DNA of 64,000 nt from an uncultured delta proteobacterium. Its GTDB lineage: Bacteria; Myxococcota_A; Polyangia; Polyangiales; JAFGIB01. The stretch lies in assembly GCA_963778655.1 (NCBI GenBank), contig CAVZVA010000010.1, positions 800,001-864,000 of the forward strand. The letters run 5' to 3'. The position numbers were made by a program, and so were the translations under genes. Positions within the stretch are counted from its first letter, which is position 1; each line of letters begins with the position of its first letter. The notes under the pieces were generated by a model. It did no database searches and was not told the DNA's origin. It worked only from the letters and a program-made list of their open reading frames with translations. This document shows positions 37,951 through 49,800 of this stretch, piece after piece.

Positions 37951-39366
37951 CTACAGACCCGCCCTGGCGCCCTCTCGGCAGGGCGTGCCACCGACGGGGC
38001 AACGATCCCTGAAGTCGTAGATCGCGTAGGCACCGAGGCGTTGGCAGCGGGCGCTTGCGATGTGCGGTGGTGGGGTGGGCCAGTGTTGGCTGAAGCCGGG
38101 TTGGTGGCTTTGGGGGCCGGGCGAGAGAATGAGCACGTCCCAGGTGGGGTCGACGGGGTGGGGCCAGCGGATGACTTGGTGGCCTTGGGCTTGGATGGCG
38201 CCGGCCACGCGCGCGGCGTCGAGGTCGTAGGCGAGCTGCAAGGGCGCGCAGGCGCGAACGAGGTCGGTGGCGGGTTGGTAGCGCCTTTGGAGTCGTAAGA
38301 GCGCGTGCGTTCCGAGCGCGGCTGCCGCCACGGAGGCGGCCACGACCCAGGCTGGATGGCGAAAGGGCGAGAGCTTTGCCCAGTCTGGTGCGGTGCTCAC
38401 GAGCAGCGCCGCATGTATGGGCAGCACCAGGCGCTGTCCTCCGACCAGGGTCTCGAGCCACGAGGGTGAAGCGTCGTGATAGCCGTAAACCACGGCCTGC
38501 AGCAGCCCAAGCGCGCACACCCACACCCAGGGGTCCACGGGCCTGCGCTTGAGCAGCGCGAGGCCGAGCGAGAAGGGTGGCAGCAGGAGCAGTCCGGCGA
38601 GGTAGAGCGCGAGGTTTCCGAGCGGCGCGCTGACCAGAAAGCGCCAGGTCACGCTGCGCGCGTAGGGTCCGCCGAGCCAGGTGGTGCCCAGGCGCACGCT
38701 GACGAGCGCCTGCACGCCCAGCAACGCCGCAACCGTGACGCCGACCGCCAGCATGTCCGCGCGGCGTGTCCGCCGGGCCTTTCGAAGCACCAGCACCAGG
38801 CCGGCGGCGTACACCAGATAAGACAGGCGCGACGCGATCGCGAAGCCGAAGCCGAGCGCCGCCGCGGCGCGGTCGCGGTTCTCCCAGGCGTCCATCGCGA
38901 ACAGCAAGGCCGCCAGCGCCGGCACGTCCGACATCAGCGTGCGCGAGTAGATCCAGATTGCGGGGTGAAACAGGTACACGGCGGCGGCCACCGCCGGGGC
39001 GCCGCGCCGCACCAGCATGCGCATCACCGCCGCGCCGCCGAGCAAGTGCATGGCGAGCGCGACCAGCTGCATCCCGGCGAACCCCAGAGCCAAGCGCCCG
39101 AGCGCGAGCAGCGCCGGCCAGGCCACGGGAAAGCGAAACGCGGCGGCAGGCGAGAGCAGCGCGATCGGCAACGGGTCGCCCGGCTGGGGGACGACGCGGC
39201 CGTGCGCCAGCACCGCGGCTTGCCCGGCGTAGTAGTACTCGTCGTTGTTGATCAGGCCGTGCGGCAGGGTCGCGACGCCGAAGATCGCGGCCACGAGCAA
39301 CAGCAGCCAGCCCGCGCGCAGCCGGGGGTCGGTCCAGCGAATGCGCTCGCACGGCAGCTCGGCCAT
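37951..39366 (-). CDS. Polytopic membrane glycosyltransferase, GT-C fold (ArnT/GT39-like)
   Basis: NNDEYYYAGQA, FPVAWPALL, LMSDVP, GGQRLVLP; many TM helices. Confidence 0.8.
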   Translation of the reverse strand: MAELPCERIRWTDPRLRAGWLLLLVAAIFGVATLPHGLINNDEYYYAGQAAVLAHGRVVPQPGDPLPIALLSPAAAFRFPVAWPALLALGRLALGFAGMQLVALAMHLLGGAAVMRMLVRRGAPAVAAAVYLFHPAIWIYSRTLMSDVPALAALLFAMDAWENRDRAAAALGFGFAIASRLSYLVYAAGLVLVLRKARRTRRADMLAVGVTVAALLGVQALVSVRLGTTWLGGPYARSVTWRFLVSAPLGNLALYLAGLLLLPPFSLGLALLKRRPVDPWVWVCALGLLQAVVYGYHDASPSWLETLVGGQRLVLPIHAALLVSTAPDWAKLSPFRHPAWVVAASVAAAALGTHALLRLQRRYQPATDLVRACAPLQLAYDLDAARVAGAIQAQGHQVIRWPHPVDPTWDVLILSPGPQSHQPGFSQHWPTPPPHIASARCQRLGAYAIYDFRDRCPVGGTPCREGARAGL

Positions 39367-39527
39367 GGCCGGCGATGGTACACGGTCCGCCGTGGCGAAC
39401 CACCCGCCGGCCGTGATTCACGTGAATCGTGCGAGCCGCGCGCCCCGCGGGCATTGCTCGAACGCGGCGCCTTGGTCTATTTGCACGGATGCTGTGCAAA
39501 TGTTAAAGTCGCTCGTGAGCGCCCGGA

Positions 39528-39806
39528 ATGATCAGCAGCTTTGCCGACCGGACCACCGAAGACATCTACCACGGTGCGGAGACCAAGGCGGCGCGGCGAA
39601 TACCGAAGGAGCTTTGGGCGATCGCTCGCCGCAAGCTCGACATGTTGAATAGAGCCGCAGTGCCCGAAGATCTGAAGAGCCCGCCTGGCAACCGCCTGAA
39701 ACGCGTCGGCAAGCTCTATGCGATTCGCATCAATGACCAATTCCGCATCACCTTCAAGCTCGAAGCCGGGAATGCGTCCGACGTGTCGATTACCGACTAC
39801 CATTGA
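39528..39806 (+). CDS. higB: HigB (RelE/ParE family) toxin
   Basis: MISSFAD...ARRKLDML...DLKSPPGNRL...IRINDQFRITF...ITDYH. Confidence 0.92.
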   Translation: MISSFADRTTEDIYHGAETKAARRIPKELWAIARRKLDMLNRAAVPEDLKSPPGNRLKRVGKLYAIRINDQFRITFKLEAGNASDVSITDYH

Positions 39807-39867
39807 CCGATGACCGATGACCGAATCCGAATGGCCGCCCTAGGGCCGCCCAATCCGAGGTAAACCC

Positions 39868-40140
39868 ATGCTCCCCAAGCACCGACCTCCGACGACTCCG
39901 GGCGAGATTCTTCTCGAGGAATTTCTCAAGCCGCTGAGCATGACTCAGACCGCGCTAGCAGAAAGGATGGGCGTACCCGTCCAGCGAATCAACACGCTCA
40001 TCAACGGCAAACGCGGCGTGACTGCGGAAACGGCGATCTTGCTGGGGCGCATTTTCAAGACCTCGCCACAGTTCTGGCTCGGCTTGCAGATGGACTGTGA
40101 TCTCTGGAACGCTCAGCAGAAGTTGGCCAAGGCCGGCTGA
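39868..40140 (+). CDS. higA: HigA antitoxin (Xre HTH)
   Basis: PTTPGEILLEEFLKPLSMTQ...INGKRGVTAETAILL...FWLGLQ. Confidence 0.93.
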   Translation: MLPKHRPPTTPGEILLEEFLKPLSMTQTALAERMGVPVQRINTLINGKRGVTAETAILLGRIFKTSPQFWLGLQMDCDLWNAQQKLAKAG

Positions 40141-40200
40141 GCGACCGTCAGCTGCGCGACGCGGAGCGAGCAAGCCCTTGCGTAGCTCGTGCGCACCACA

Positions 40201-40325
40201 ATGGAGGACGGATCGCGATAGCTCGATAGTCGGGCGGGATGATGCGCTCTAGCTCGTAACGGCGACCGGTGCTCGTCATGGTGGTGCGATCAGGGGCCCC
40301 GTTGGGAAGCAGGTTCGGTAGCGCG
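40201..40325. repeat. Junction motif C copy f plus a second vapC 3'-end remnant
   Basis: Near-identical to 37624-37750; minus strand 40276-40326 reads SRYRTCFPTGPLIAPP*. Confidence 0.85.
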
Positions 40326-40435
40326 ACCTGTGAAGCGTCTTGGCTCGAGACTGGTGCGAGACGTCGAGGTTCTTCGTCGCACTGGCTGATTCACTGGCCG
40401 TGGCCGGGCGGGGGCGACCCGGGTGGGGTGGCGAT

Positions 40436-40822
40436 CTACAGCAGGGCGAGCTGGAGCGGTACGCCGGCCTTCTGCATGGACTTGAAGTCCTTGTCCGTGG
40501 TCAGAAGCGTGGCCGAGTGGCTCAACGCGTAGGCGGCGATCAGAAGGTCGAGCGTCTTGGCGCTCACCCCGCGCTTGCGCAGCGCAAATCCGAGATCGCC
40601 GGCTTCCGTCCACAGCTGCGCGGGCTGCGCGAGGTGGTGACAGGCATCGAGCAGCGGCAGCACGCGAGCGCGCTCCCGTTCGTGCAGGCCACGCCGCAGC
40701 TCGGTTTCGATCGGCCCGCACAACGCGGCTTCGTCGGTGGCGAGCGTTTCATCCACGACGCTCGCCACTGGATCACGGCCGCGGAAGAACTCGATCCATG
40801 CCGTGGTGTCGACCAAGATCAT
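40436..40822 (-). CDS. vapC: PIN-domain (VapC) toxin
   Basis: MILVDTTAWIEFFRG, IETELRRG, TLDLLIAAYA, LLTTDKDF. Confidence 0.92.
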   Translation of the reverse strand: MILVDTTAWIEFFRGRDPVASVVDETLATDEAALCGPIETELRRGLHERERARVLPLLDACHHLAQPAQLWTEAGDLGFALRKRGVSAKTLDLLIAAYALSHSATLLTTDKDFKSMQKAGVPLQLALL

Positions 40823-41019
40823 CGGCGCGTCTTCGCGAGATCGAGCTCGAAGCGAACCTTCCCGCGCAACCCACGTAGCGCCGATCGCTTGCGGCTGCGC
40901 TCCAGCTCCTCGAGCCCCGCGACCAGGGTCTCGGTGATTCCGAGCCCAGTGGTTTCTCGCGCCCGCTCGAGCAGCTTGGCCGGGATGTTCGCCGTGATCT
41001 TCTTCACCGCATCGCCCAT
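40819..41019 (-). CDS. Small antitoxin (VapB-like, RHH-type)
   Basis: KKITANIPAKLLERARETTGLGITETLVAGLEEL...; ATGA overlap with vapC. Confidence 0.85.
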   Translation of the reverse strand: MGDAVKKITANIPAKLLERARETTGLGITETLVAGLEELERSRKRSALRGLRGKVRFELDLAKTRR

Positions 41020-41137
41020 CCATCCAGTCTATTGGTATGGTCTGGACCAGTCAATGATATGGTCCGGTCGAACGCGGGCGTCCCCGAGCCGCTCGCGCAG
41101 GCTCCCCGCAAACGGGAAGCGGGCGAAACCGTGCGGC

Positions 41138-41493
41138 GTGAGTGATATTGCCGGGATGCGCGAGGTTTCGTTTCACTCCGTTGGCGAGCCCGATCCCGAG
41201 GCGGGATATTGGCTCACGCGGCCCGTCCACGAGCGGTTGGCTGCGGTGGAGCTGATCCGTCGCGCAACCTGGGGCTGGTATCGTGACATTCCATCCGGTT
41301 TTCAGCGAGTTCGTGAGCACGCTCGTCTCCACCGCGTGCGCTTTCTGGTAGTCGGCGCCCACGCGCTGGCCGTGCACGGAAGGCCCCGCTAGCCTCGGCG
41401 GCCCGCGCCAAGGATCTCGCGGACCTCGCGTTGCTCGAAGAAGCAGGGAGCCCACCGTCGCGCAAGCGCCGCCGTCCCCCGCGCAAGAAGTGA
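41138..41493 (+). pseudogene. Deletion remnant of a small-protein plus nucleotidyltransferase two-gene module
   Basis: YWLTRPVHERLAAVELIRR...FQRV is joined directly to VRFLVVGAHALAVHGRPR*, then in another frame ARAKDLADLALLEE...KK*: both NTase ends with the middle missing. Confidence 0.7.
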
Positions 41494-41610
41494 GGCTGGG
41501 CCCGCCACGCGAGCGCGAGCCGCTAGCCGGCGCAGCGCACGTGCGCAGGGCTCTGGCCACCGACCTAGGGCGAGCCGCCGCAGGCGCCCTCGTGGTACGC
41601 TTTTGCGGGC

Positions 41611-42666
41611 ATGGGTCGCGCACCGACCAGGATTACGCCCGTGCTCGTGGGGTTGCTCGCGCTCGCGCTCGTAGTGCAGGCAGTGCTGTGGGTGGAGTCG
41701 AGCGGGCTTGGGCCCTGGCTCGGTGTCGTGGTGGCGTTGGGGCTCGGCCTGCTCTGCTTCGGCCTGGGTTTGCGGCTGCTCAAGCGCGCGCTGCTGCCGC
41801 TTTCGTTCGAGGCGTTTCGGCTGCAGGAGATGGCGATCGGCTGGGAAGCCGGGCGGGCGTTGAGCTCACCACCGGTCCACACCCGCGATCGCACGCTGAT
41901 CGAGATCGAGCACATGCGGCGCAGGTTGTTCGAGGGTCTGCACGAGAGCCGCAGGCTGCGCAAACAAGCCGAGGAAGCGAGCCGGTACAAGACCGGCTTT
42001 CTCAAGTCGGTGCAGCACGAGTTGCGCACGCCGCTCAACGCGGTGCTTGGATTCACCGAGGTGCTGCTCTCCGGCCTGGAGGGCCCGCTGACCGCCGGCC
42101 AGCGCGAGAACCTGGTGGTGATCGGACGCACCGGCAAGCGCCTGCAGGATTTGTTCGACGAGGTGATCGAGCTCGCGGCCACCGCCGCTGGCCAGCTCGA
42201 GCTGCGACGCGAGCCGCTCGACGTGGCCACCGCACTCGAGCAGGTGGGCGAGGCGCTGGAGGAAGCGCGCGGCGACAAGCCGGTGCACATAAGGCTCGAC
42301 TTGGGCGACGACCTGCCGCTGGTGCTGGGCGACGACGAGCGGCTCACGCGCCTGCTGCACGGCATCGCCAGCCAGGCGCTGTCGGTGCTGCAAGGACAGC
42401 TGCTGGTGCTGTCGGCCCACGCGTTCGGCGAGCAGGTCCAGGTGGCGGTGTGCGATCCGGCACGCAAGCTCGCGCCCGAGGAGGTCGAGGGCCTGCTCGG
42501 CAGCGAGCCCACCGGGCTGCGGCGTAAGGGGCTCGACGAGGGTAGCCGGCTGCGGCTGGCGATCTGGCGCCAGCTCGCCGAGCTGTTCGGCGGCACGCTC
42601 GTGCTGCGCAGCGATCAAGGCGGGACGGCCTTCGTGCTCGAGCTGCCGGCGTGGAGCGAGGCGTGA
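41611..42666 (+). CDS. Membrane histidine kinase-like protein with degenerate ATPase domain
   Basis: H-box HELRTPLNAVLGF; N-box region reads LHGIASQAL, G2 region GSRLRLAI. Confidence 0.8.
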   Translation: MGRAPTRITPVLVGLLALALVVQAVLWVESSGLGPWLGVVVALGLGLLCFGLGLRLLKRALLPLSFEAFRLQEMAIGWEAGRALSSPPVHTRDRTLIEIEHMRRRLFEGLHESRRLRKQAEEASRYKTGFLKSVQHELRTPLNAVLGFTEVLLSGLEGPLTAGQRENLVVIGRTGKRLQDLFDEVIELAATAAGQLELRREPLDVATALEQVGEALEEARGDKPVHIRLDLGDDLPLVLGDDERLTRLLHGIASQALSVLQGQLLVLSAHAFGEQVQVAVCDPARKLAPEEVEGLLGSEPTGLRRKGLDEGSRLRLAIWRQLAELFGGTLVLRSDQGGTAFVLELPAWSEA

Positions 42667-43793
42667 GGGCGCTGCCCGGGCGTTGCATCGCGGTGCTGGC
42701 CTTCGCGCTGGTGCTCAACGGGCTCGGCCTCGCCGTGCTGGGCGCCCTGCTGGGTGCGCCGCCCAACGTGCTGGCGCTGCTGCGCCTGCTCGGCGTGGTG
42801 CTGGGTGCGGCCGCGCTCGCCGCCTGGGCGCTACACCCGATGTCGACCGATCTCGACGCGATCGCGGTGCTGGCCGAGCGCAGCGGCAACCCGGGCGCGC
42901 CCACGGCGCCAGCGCGTGCCCCGATGCGCGCGGCGGAATCCGCGGCCTTGCTGGATTCGCTGCTGCTGGTGCTCGCGCGTTCGCGCGAGCTGCAAGCGGT
43001 GCAGCAGCAGGCGCGGCGCTCGCTCGAAGAAGCCGAGCAGCTGCGCGTGAGCTTCGTGGCCGCGATGGCGCACGACCTGCGCGGCCCGCTCAACTCGGTG
43101 ATCGGCTTCTCGGACTTGTTGCTGATGGAGGGACAGGACGCGGTGGCGCCAGCGCAGCGCCCAAGCGTGGAGCTGATCCGCCGCGGCGGCCAGGATCTGC
43201 TGGCGCTGCTCGATCAGATCCTCGACTGGGCCAGGCTCGAAGCCGGGCAGCTCAAGCTCGAGCCACGCCCGACCGACCTGGCCGAGGTGCTGCAGGCCGT
43301 GGCCGTGGCCGCGGCCGAGCGCTCGGCCGAGCGCGGGCTCACGCTCGCGCTCGAGGTCGCCGAGGGCTTGCCGCCGCTGCAGGCCGACCCCGCGCGCCTG
43401 GCCGAGGCGCTGCTCGGGCTGATCGACCACGCCACGCGCGCGCCCGATCGGCCACGCATCTCGGTCCGCGCGCGGCTGGCCGAGAGCTCGGAGCAGGCGC
43501 GACCCGGCCGCTGCCTGCAGGTGGAGCTACATGACCCCCAGCTGCGCGTACGCGCCGCCGACCTGGACAGCTTCTTCGAGGCGTTTCGGCCTTCGTACGC
43601 ACCCTCCGGGCGGCGGCTCGCCGGGCTTGGTCTGGGTCCGGCGCTGGGGCGCGCGCTGATCCGTGCACACGGTGGGCAGGTGTGGTTTGCAAGCCACGCC
43701 GAAACCGGCTCCACATTCAAGGTGGAGCTGCCGCTGCGCGCCGATCCGGCCGCCGGCCCGGGCCCCGGCGGGCTTCCTGCGGGGGATGGTTAG
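42663..43793 (+). CDS. Membrane histidine kinase-like protein
   Basis: H-box HDLRGPLNSVIGF; FEAF, GLGLGPAL, HGG...GSTF; N-box region reads LLGLIDHAT. Confidence 0.82.
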   Translation: MRALPGRCIAVLAFALVLNGLGLAVLGALLGAPPNVLALLRLLGVVLGAAALAAWALHPMSTDLDAIAVLAERSGNPGAPTAPARAPMRAAESAALLDSLLLVLARSRELQAVQQQARRSLEEAEQLRVSFVAAMAHDLRGPLNSVIGFSDLLLMEGQDAVAPAQRPSVELIRRGGQDLLALLDQILDWARLEAGQLKLEPRPTDLAEVLQAVAVAAAERSAERGLTLALEVAEGLPPLQADPARLAEALLGLIDHATRAPDRPRISVRARLAESSEQARPGRCLQVELHDPQLRVRAADLDSFFEAFRPSYAPSGRRLAGLGLGPALGRALIRAHGGQVWFASHAETGSTFKVELPLRADPAAGPGPGGLPAGDG

Positions 43794-43827
43794 CGCGGCT
43801 ACGTTCACGTGATAAATTCGAAGGCCG

Positions 43828-44811
43828 ATGGAATCTGTACATGCCTTGTCTCCGACCCCGCTTCCTTCCGCGACCTCGGCGGCCGCCGTGGCCCAGCGCC
43901 TGCTCGGCAACGTCGAGCGCGTGCTGGAGGGTAAGCGCGAGGTGGTCGAGCTCGCGGTCGCGGCGCTGTTCGCGCGCGGCCACCTGCTGATCGAGGACGT
44001 GCCCGGCGTGGGCAAGACCACGCTGGCGCGCGCGCTCGCCAGCAGCGTGGGGCTGGAGTTTCGCCGCATCCAGTTCACCTCCGATCTGATGCCCGCCGAT
44101 GTGCTCGGCGGCAGCGTCTACTCCCAGGTCACCGGGCAGTTCAGCTTTCGCCCCGGTCCGGTCTTCACCAACGTGCTGCTGGCCGACGAGATCAACCGCA
44201 CCACGCCCAAGACGCAGAGCGCGCTGCTGGAGGCGATGGGCGAGCGGCGGGTGTCGATCGACGGTGAGACGCGCGTGCTCGAGGAGCCGTTCTTCGTGCT
44301 GGCCACCCAGAACCCCGAGGAGTTCTACGGTACCTACCCGCTGCCCGAATCGCAGCTCGATCGCTTCCTGATGCGCTTGCGCATCGGCTATCCCTCGCAG
44401 GACGTGGAGCGCCAGGTGCTGGCGCGGCGGCGCGGCGCCGACCCGATCGACGAGCTCGAGCCGGTGGTTGACCGGCGCGAGCTGCTCGCGGCGCAGGCCG
44501 CCGTGGAGCAGGTACGCACCAGCGACGAGCTGATCGACTACCTGCACTCGCTGGTGCTCGCCACGCGCTCGACGCCGCTGCTGTCGATCGGCGCCTCCAC
44601 CCGCGCCGCGCTCGCGCTCGAGTCGGCGGTGCGCGCCTACGCGCTGGTGCTCGGCCGCAACTACGCGATCCCCGATGACGTCAAGGCGGTGGCGGTGGCG
44701 GTGCTGGCGCACCGCGTGCGCGCCGCCGGCCTGCGCGACGGCAGCAGCGCGCACGGCGACGGCGAGCGGGTGATCCGCGAGCTGCTCGGCGCGCTGCCCG
44801 TGCCGGTCTAA
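43828..44811 (+). CDS. MoxR family AAA+ ATPase
   Basis: EDVPGVGKTTLA, RIQFTSDLMPAD, DEINRTTPKTQSALLEAM, ATQNP, LDRF. Confidence 0.95.
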   Translation: MESVHALSPTPLPSATSAAAVAQRLLGNVERVLEGKREVVELAVAALFARGHLLIEDVPGVGKTTLARALASSVGLEFRRIQFTSDLMPADVLGGSVYSQVTGQFSFRPGPVFTNVLLADEINRTTPKTQSALLEAMGERRVSIDGETRVLEEPFFVLATQNPEEFYGTYPLPESQLDRFLMRLRIGYPSQDVERQVLARRRGADPIDELEPVVDRRELLAAQAAVEQVRTSDELIDYLHSLVLATRSTPLLSIGASTRAALALESAVRAYALVLGRNYAIPDDVKAVAVAVLAHRVRAAGLRDGSSAHGDGERVIRELLGALPVPV

Positions 44812-44821
44812 GGAGCGTAGC

Positions 44822-45952
<1,131 letters not shown>

Positions 45953-45983
45953 GGGCGCGCGCAGCCAGGCGCGGGGGCGCGCG

Positions 45984-48143
45984 ATGAGCTTTTCGCTGCT
46001 GCACAAGAGCATCGCCTATCTGCTCTCCGGGCTGGGGTTGCTCGCGCTCTCGCTCGGCAGCGAGCTCAGCACCTTCACCCTCACCCTGATGTTTCTGGGC
46101 TACTTCTGCAGCTGGTTCGCCGAGGACAAGCTGCTGAGCCGTCCCCACTACGCCTCGGCCTGGACCAGCGCGGTGGTGGCCTTGCTGGTGATCCAGGTGG
46201 CGCGCGGCCTGGCCACGCAACCGACGCTGGCGATGGCGATCGAGTTCGCCGCCTTCTTGCAGATCTCGCGCCTGTTCAACCGCAGGACCGCGGTCGACTA
46301 CCAGCAGATCGCGGTCTTGTCGTTTCTGCACCTGACCGCCGCCACCGTGCTCTCGAGCAACCTGAGCTACGGCGCGATCTTCGTCGGCTTCGTGATCGCC
46401 ACGCCGTGGATGCTCGCGCTCTCGCACCTGCGCCGCGAGATCGAGGGCAACTACCCGTCGCAGAGCGACGCCGATCCGAGCGCGCGCAGCGCGGTGCGCC
46501 GCGTGCTCGCCAGCAAGCGCGTGGTGGGGCCCGGCTTCCTGCTCGGCACCGCCCTGCTGTCGCTGCCGCTGTTCGCGATGACGCTGGCGATCTTCCTGAC
46601 CATTCCGCGCGTGGGGCAGGGTTTCTTGAGCTTCGAGCACGACAGCGGGCAGCGCGTCGCCGGTTTCGGCAACCAGGTCGAGCTGGGCGGCTTCGGCTTG
46701 ATCCGCGACGACCCGACCGTGGTGCTGCGGGTCAAGCCGCTGCCGGCGGTGGACGAGAAGGCGCCGCGCCTTTCGCTGCGGCTGCGCGGCACCTCGTTCG
46801 ACTATTACGACGGCCGCGTCTGGAGCCGCACGCCCAGCACGGTGCTGCGGCTGCCGCGGATGTCTCCCACCATCTACCCGATCCGGCGCATGCCGCGCCG
46901 CGGGCAGGACCGCCAGTTCCAGATCGTGCTCGACCACTTGGACGAGCCGGTGGTCTTCCTACCGCTGGGCACGGTCGCGATCTCGGTGCCACCGCGGATC
47001 TCCGGAGGCCAGGCCATGGAGCGCGAGCTCACCCACTCCGCTGGCCTGGACATCCGCTACGACGGCAGTGATGGGATGGGCCTGGTCTACAGCGCCTACG
47101 TCAGCAGAGACCCGGCCGAGAGCGCCATCTTGCCGCTCAGCTTGGAGCGCCGCGCCACTTATCTGCAGATGCCGCGCGGACACGAGCGCGTGGCGGCGCT
47201 GGCGCGCCGCGTGGCCGGCGACGCCGTGAGCGATGAGCAGAAGGCCAACCGCATCCAGCGCTTCCTGAAGCAGGGTGATTACACCTACTCGCTGGTGCAG
47301 CCCGACGTCGGCAAGCGCTGGCCGCTGGACGTGTTCCTGTTCGACCAGAAGCGCGGTCACTGCGAATACTACTCGAGCGCGATGGCGATCATGCTGCGCT
47401 CGCTCGGCGTGCCCACCCGCAACGTGACCGGTTTCGCCGGGGGCCAGTACAACCCCTACGGCGGCTACTACGCGCTGCGCCAGGGCGACGCGCACAGCTG
47501 GGTAGAGGTCTACCTGCAGGGCCGCGGCTGGGTGACCTACGACCCGACCCCATCGCTGCGCGCGGAGATGGGCCCGCGCCAGGGGCTGTGGACCGACCTG
47601 AACGCGCTGATCGACGCGCTGCGGACGCGCTGGATGACCGGCGTGGTGGGCTACGATTTGCGCGCCCAGGTGGGTATCTTGCGCAGGCTCGCGCGCATGA
47701 TCGAGCGCCTGCGCGGGCCGCCGCGACACCCCGACCAGACCGCCGCCAGCGGGCGTGGCTTCCATCCGCATCTGGGCTGGCGCGGCGCGCTGCAAGGGCT
47801 CGGCGTAGCGCTCGTGCTGGCGCTGTTGGCATGGCTGGCCTGGCGTCTGCTGCGGCCGGCGATCAGCGCCGGCGGCCGCCCGCTCAGCCGCCAGCAAGCG
47901 CAGGCCGTGAGCCTGTACGGCGAGCTCGAGCGCGCGCTGCGCAAACGCGGTCATCCCCGCCCGCCCGCGCTCACCCCGCTCGAGCACGCGCGCAGCCTCG
48001 CGCGCCAGGGCTTCGCCCAGCAGGCCGACCTCGATCAGGTCACGCACAGCTACCTCGAAGCCCGCTACGGCGGCCGCCCCCTACGTAACGCCGAGGTGCT
48101 CGAGCTACGCAAAGCCATCGCCCGCATCCGCCGCGCGGCCTAG
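45984..48143 (+). CDS. TgpA-like DUF3488/transglutaminase/DUF4129 membrane protein
   Basis: N-terminal TM helices; GHCEYYSSAM, DAHSWVEVY, WVTYDPTP triad; YLEARYG. Confidence 0.92.
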   Translation: MSFSLLHKSIAYLLSGLGLLALSLGSELSTFTLTLMFLGYFCSWFAEDKLLSRPHYASAWTSAVVALLVIQVARGLATQPTLAMAIEFAAFLQISRLFNRRTAVDYQQIAVLSFLHLTAATVLSSNLSYGAIFVGFVIATPWMLALSHLRREIEGNYPSQSDADPSARSAVRRVLASKRVVGPGFLLGTALLSLPLFAMTLAIFLTIPRVGQGFLSFEHDSGQRVAGFGNQVELGGFGLIRDDPTVVLRVKPLPAVDEKAPRLSLRLRGTSFDYYDGRVWSRTPSTVLRLPRMSPTIYPIRRMPRRGQDRQFQIVLDHLDEPVVFLPLGTVAISVPPRISGGQAMERELTHSAGLDIRYDGSDGMGLVYSAYVSRDPAESAILPLSLERRATYLQMPRGHERVAALARRVAGDAVSDEQKANRIQRFLKQGDYTYSLVQPDVGKRWPLDVFLFDQKRGHCEYYSSAMAIMLRSLGVPTRNVTGFAGGQYNPYGGYYALRQGDAHSWVEVYLQGRGWVTYDPTPSLRAEMGPRQGLWTDLNALIDALRTRWMTGVVGYDLRAQVGILRRLARMIERLRGPPRHPDQTAASGRGFHPHLGWRGALQGLGVALVLALLAWLAWRLLRPAISAGGRPLSRQQAQAVSLYGELERALRKRGHPRPPALTPLEHARSLARQGFAQQADLDQVTHSYLEARYGGRPLRNAEVLELRKAIARIRRAA

Positions 48144-48165
48144 CTTCTAGAATAGCGCTTTCAGC

Positions 48166-49575
<1,410 letters not shown>

Positions 49576-49800
49576 GGTGAACCGCAGCGGCCGTCTCGAC
49601 CGGGCGGCCGGCGGCCGGAGGGTGGCTCGACCTACGATTGTGAGGCCGCCGGTGCAGCCGCGTCAAGCTCGGCAGCGACGCGGATACGTAGCAATTCCAA
49701 AGCCCTAGGTGTCGTCGCCGGGTGGTTGCAACGCGGGGCGCGTGCCCCGAGGTGGGTACGTCGGTTGACAGCGTGCGGTGCCGGCGCTTGACTGCCCGCG

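Noticed and set aside
36243..38480. Diversity-generating retroelement TR/VR pair
   Set aside because: Differences are not confined to adenines, many are synonymous, and no reverse transcriptase is in the window.
39804..39824. TGACCGA x3 microrepeat between higB and higA
   Set aside because: Too short to assign a function; may be slippage.
36156..40325. CRISPR array or integron attC array
   Set aside because: Spacing is irregular (about 30 bp to 2.3 kb), there are no cas or intI genes, and no RYYYAAC/GTTRRRY ends.
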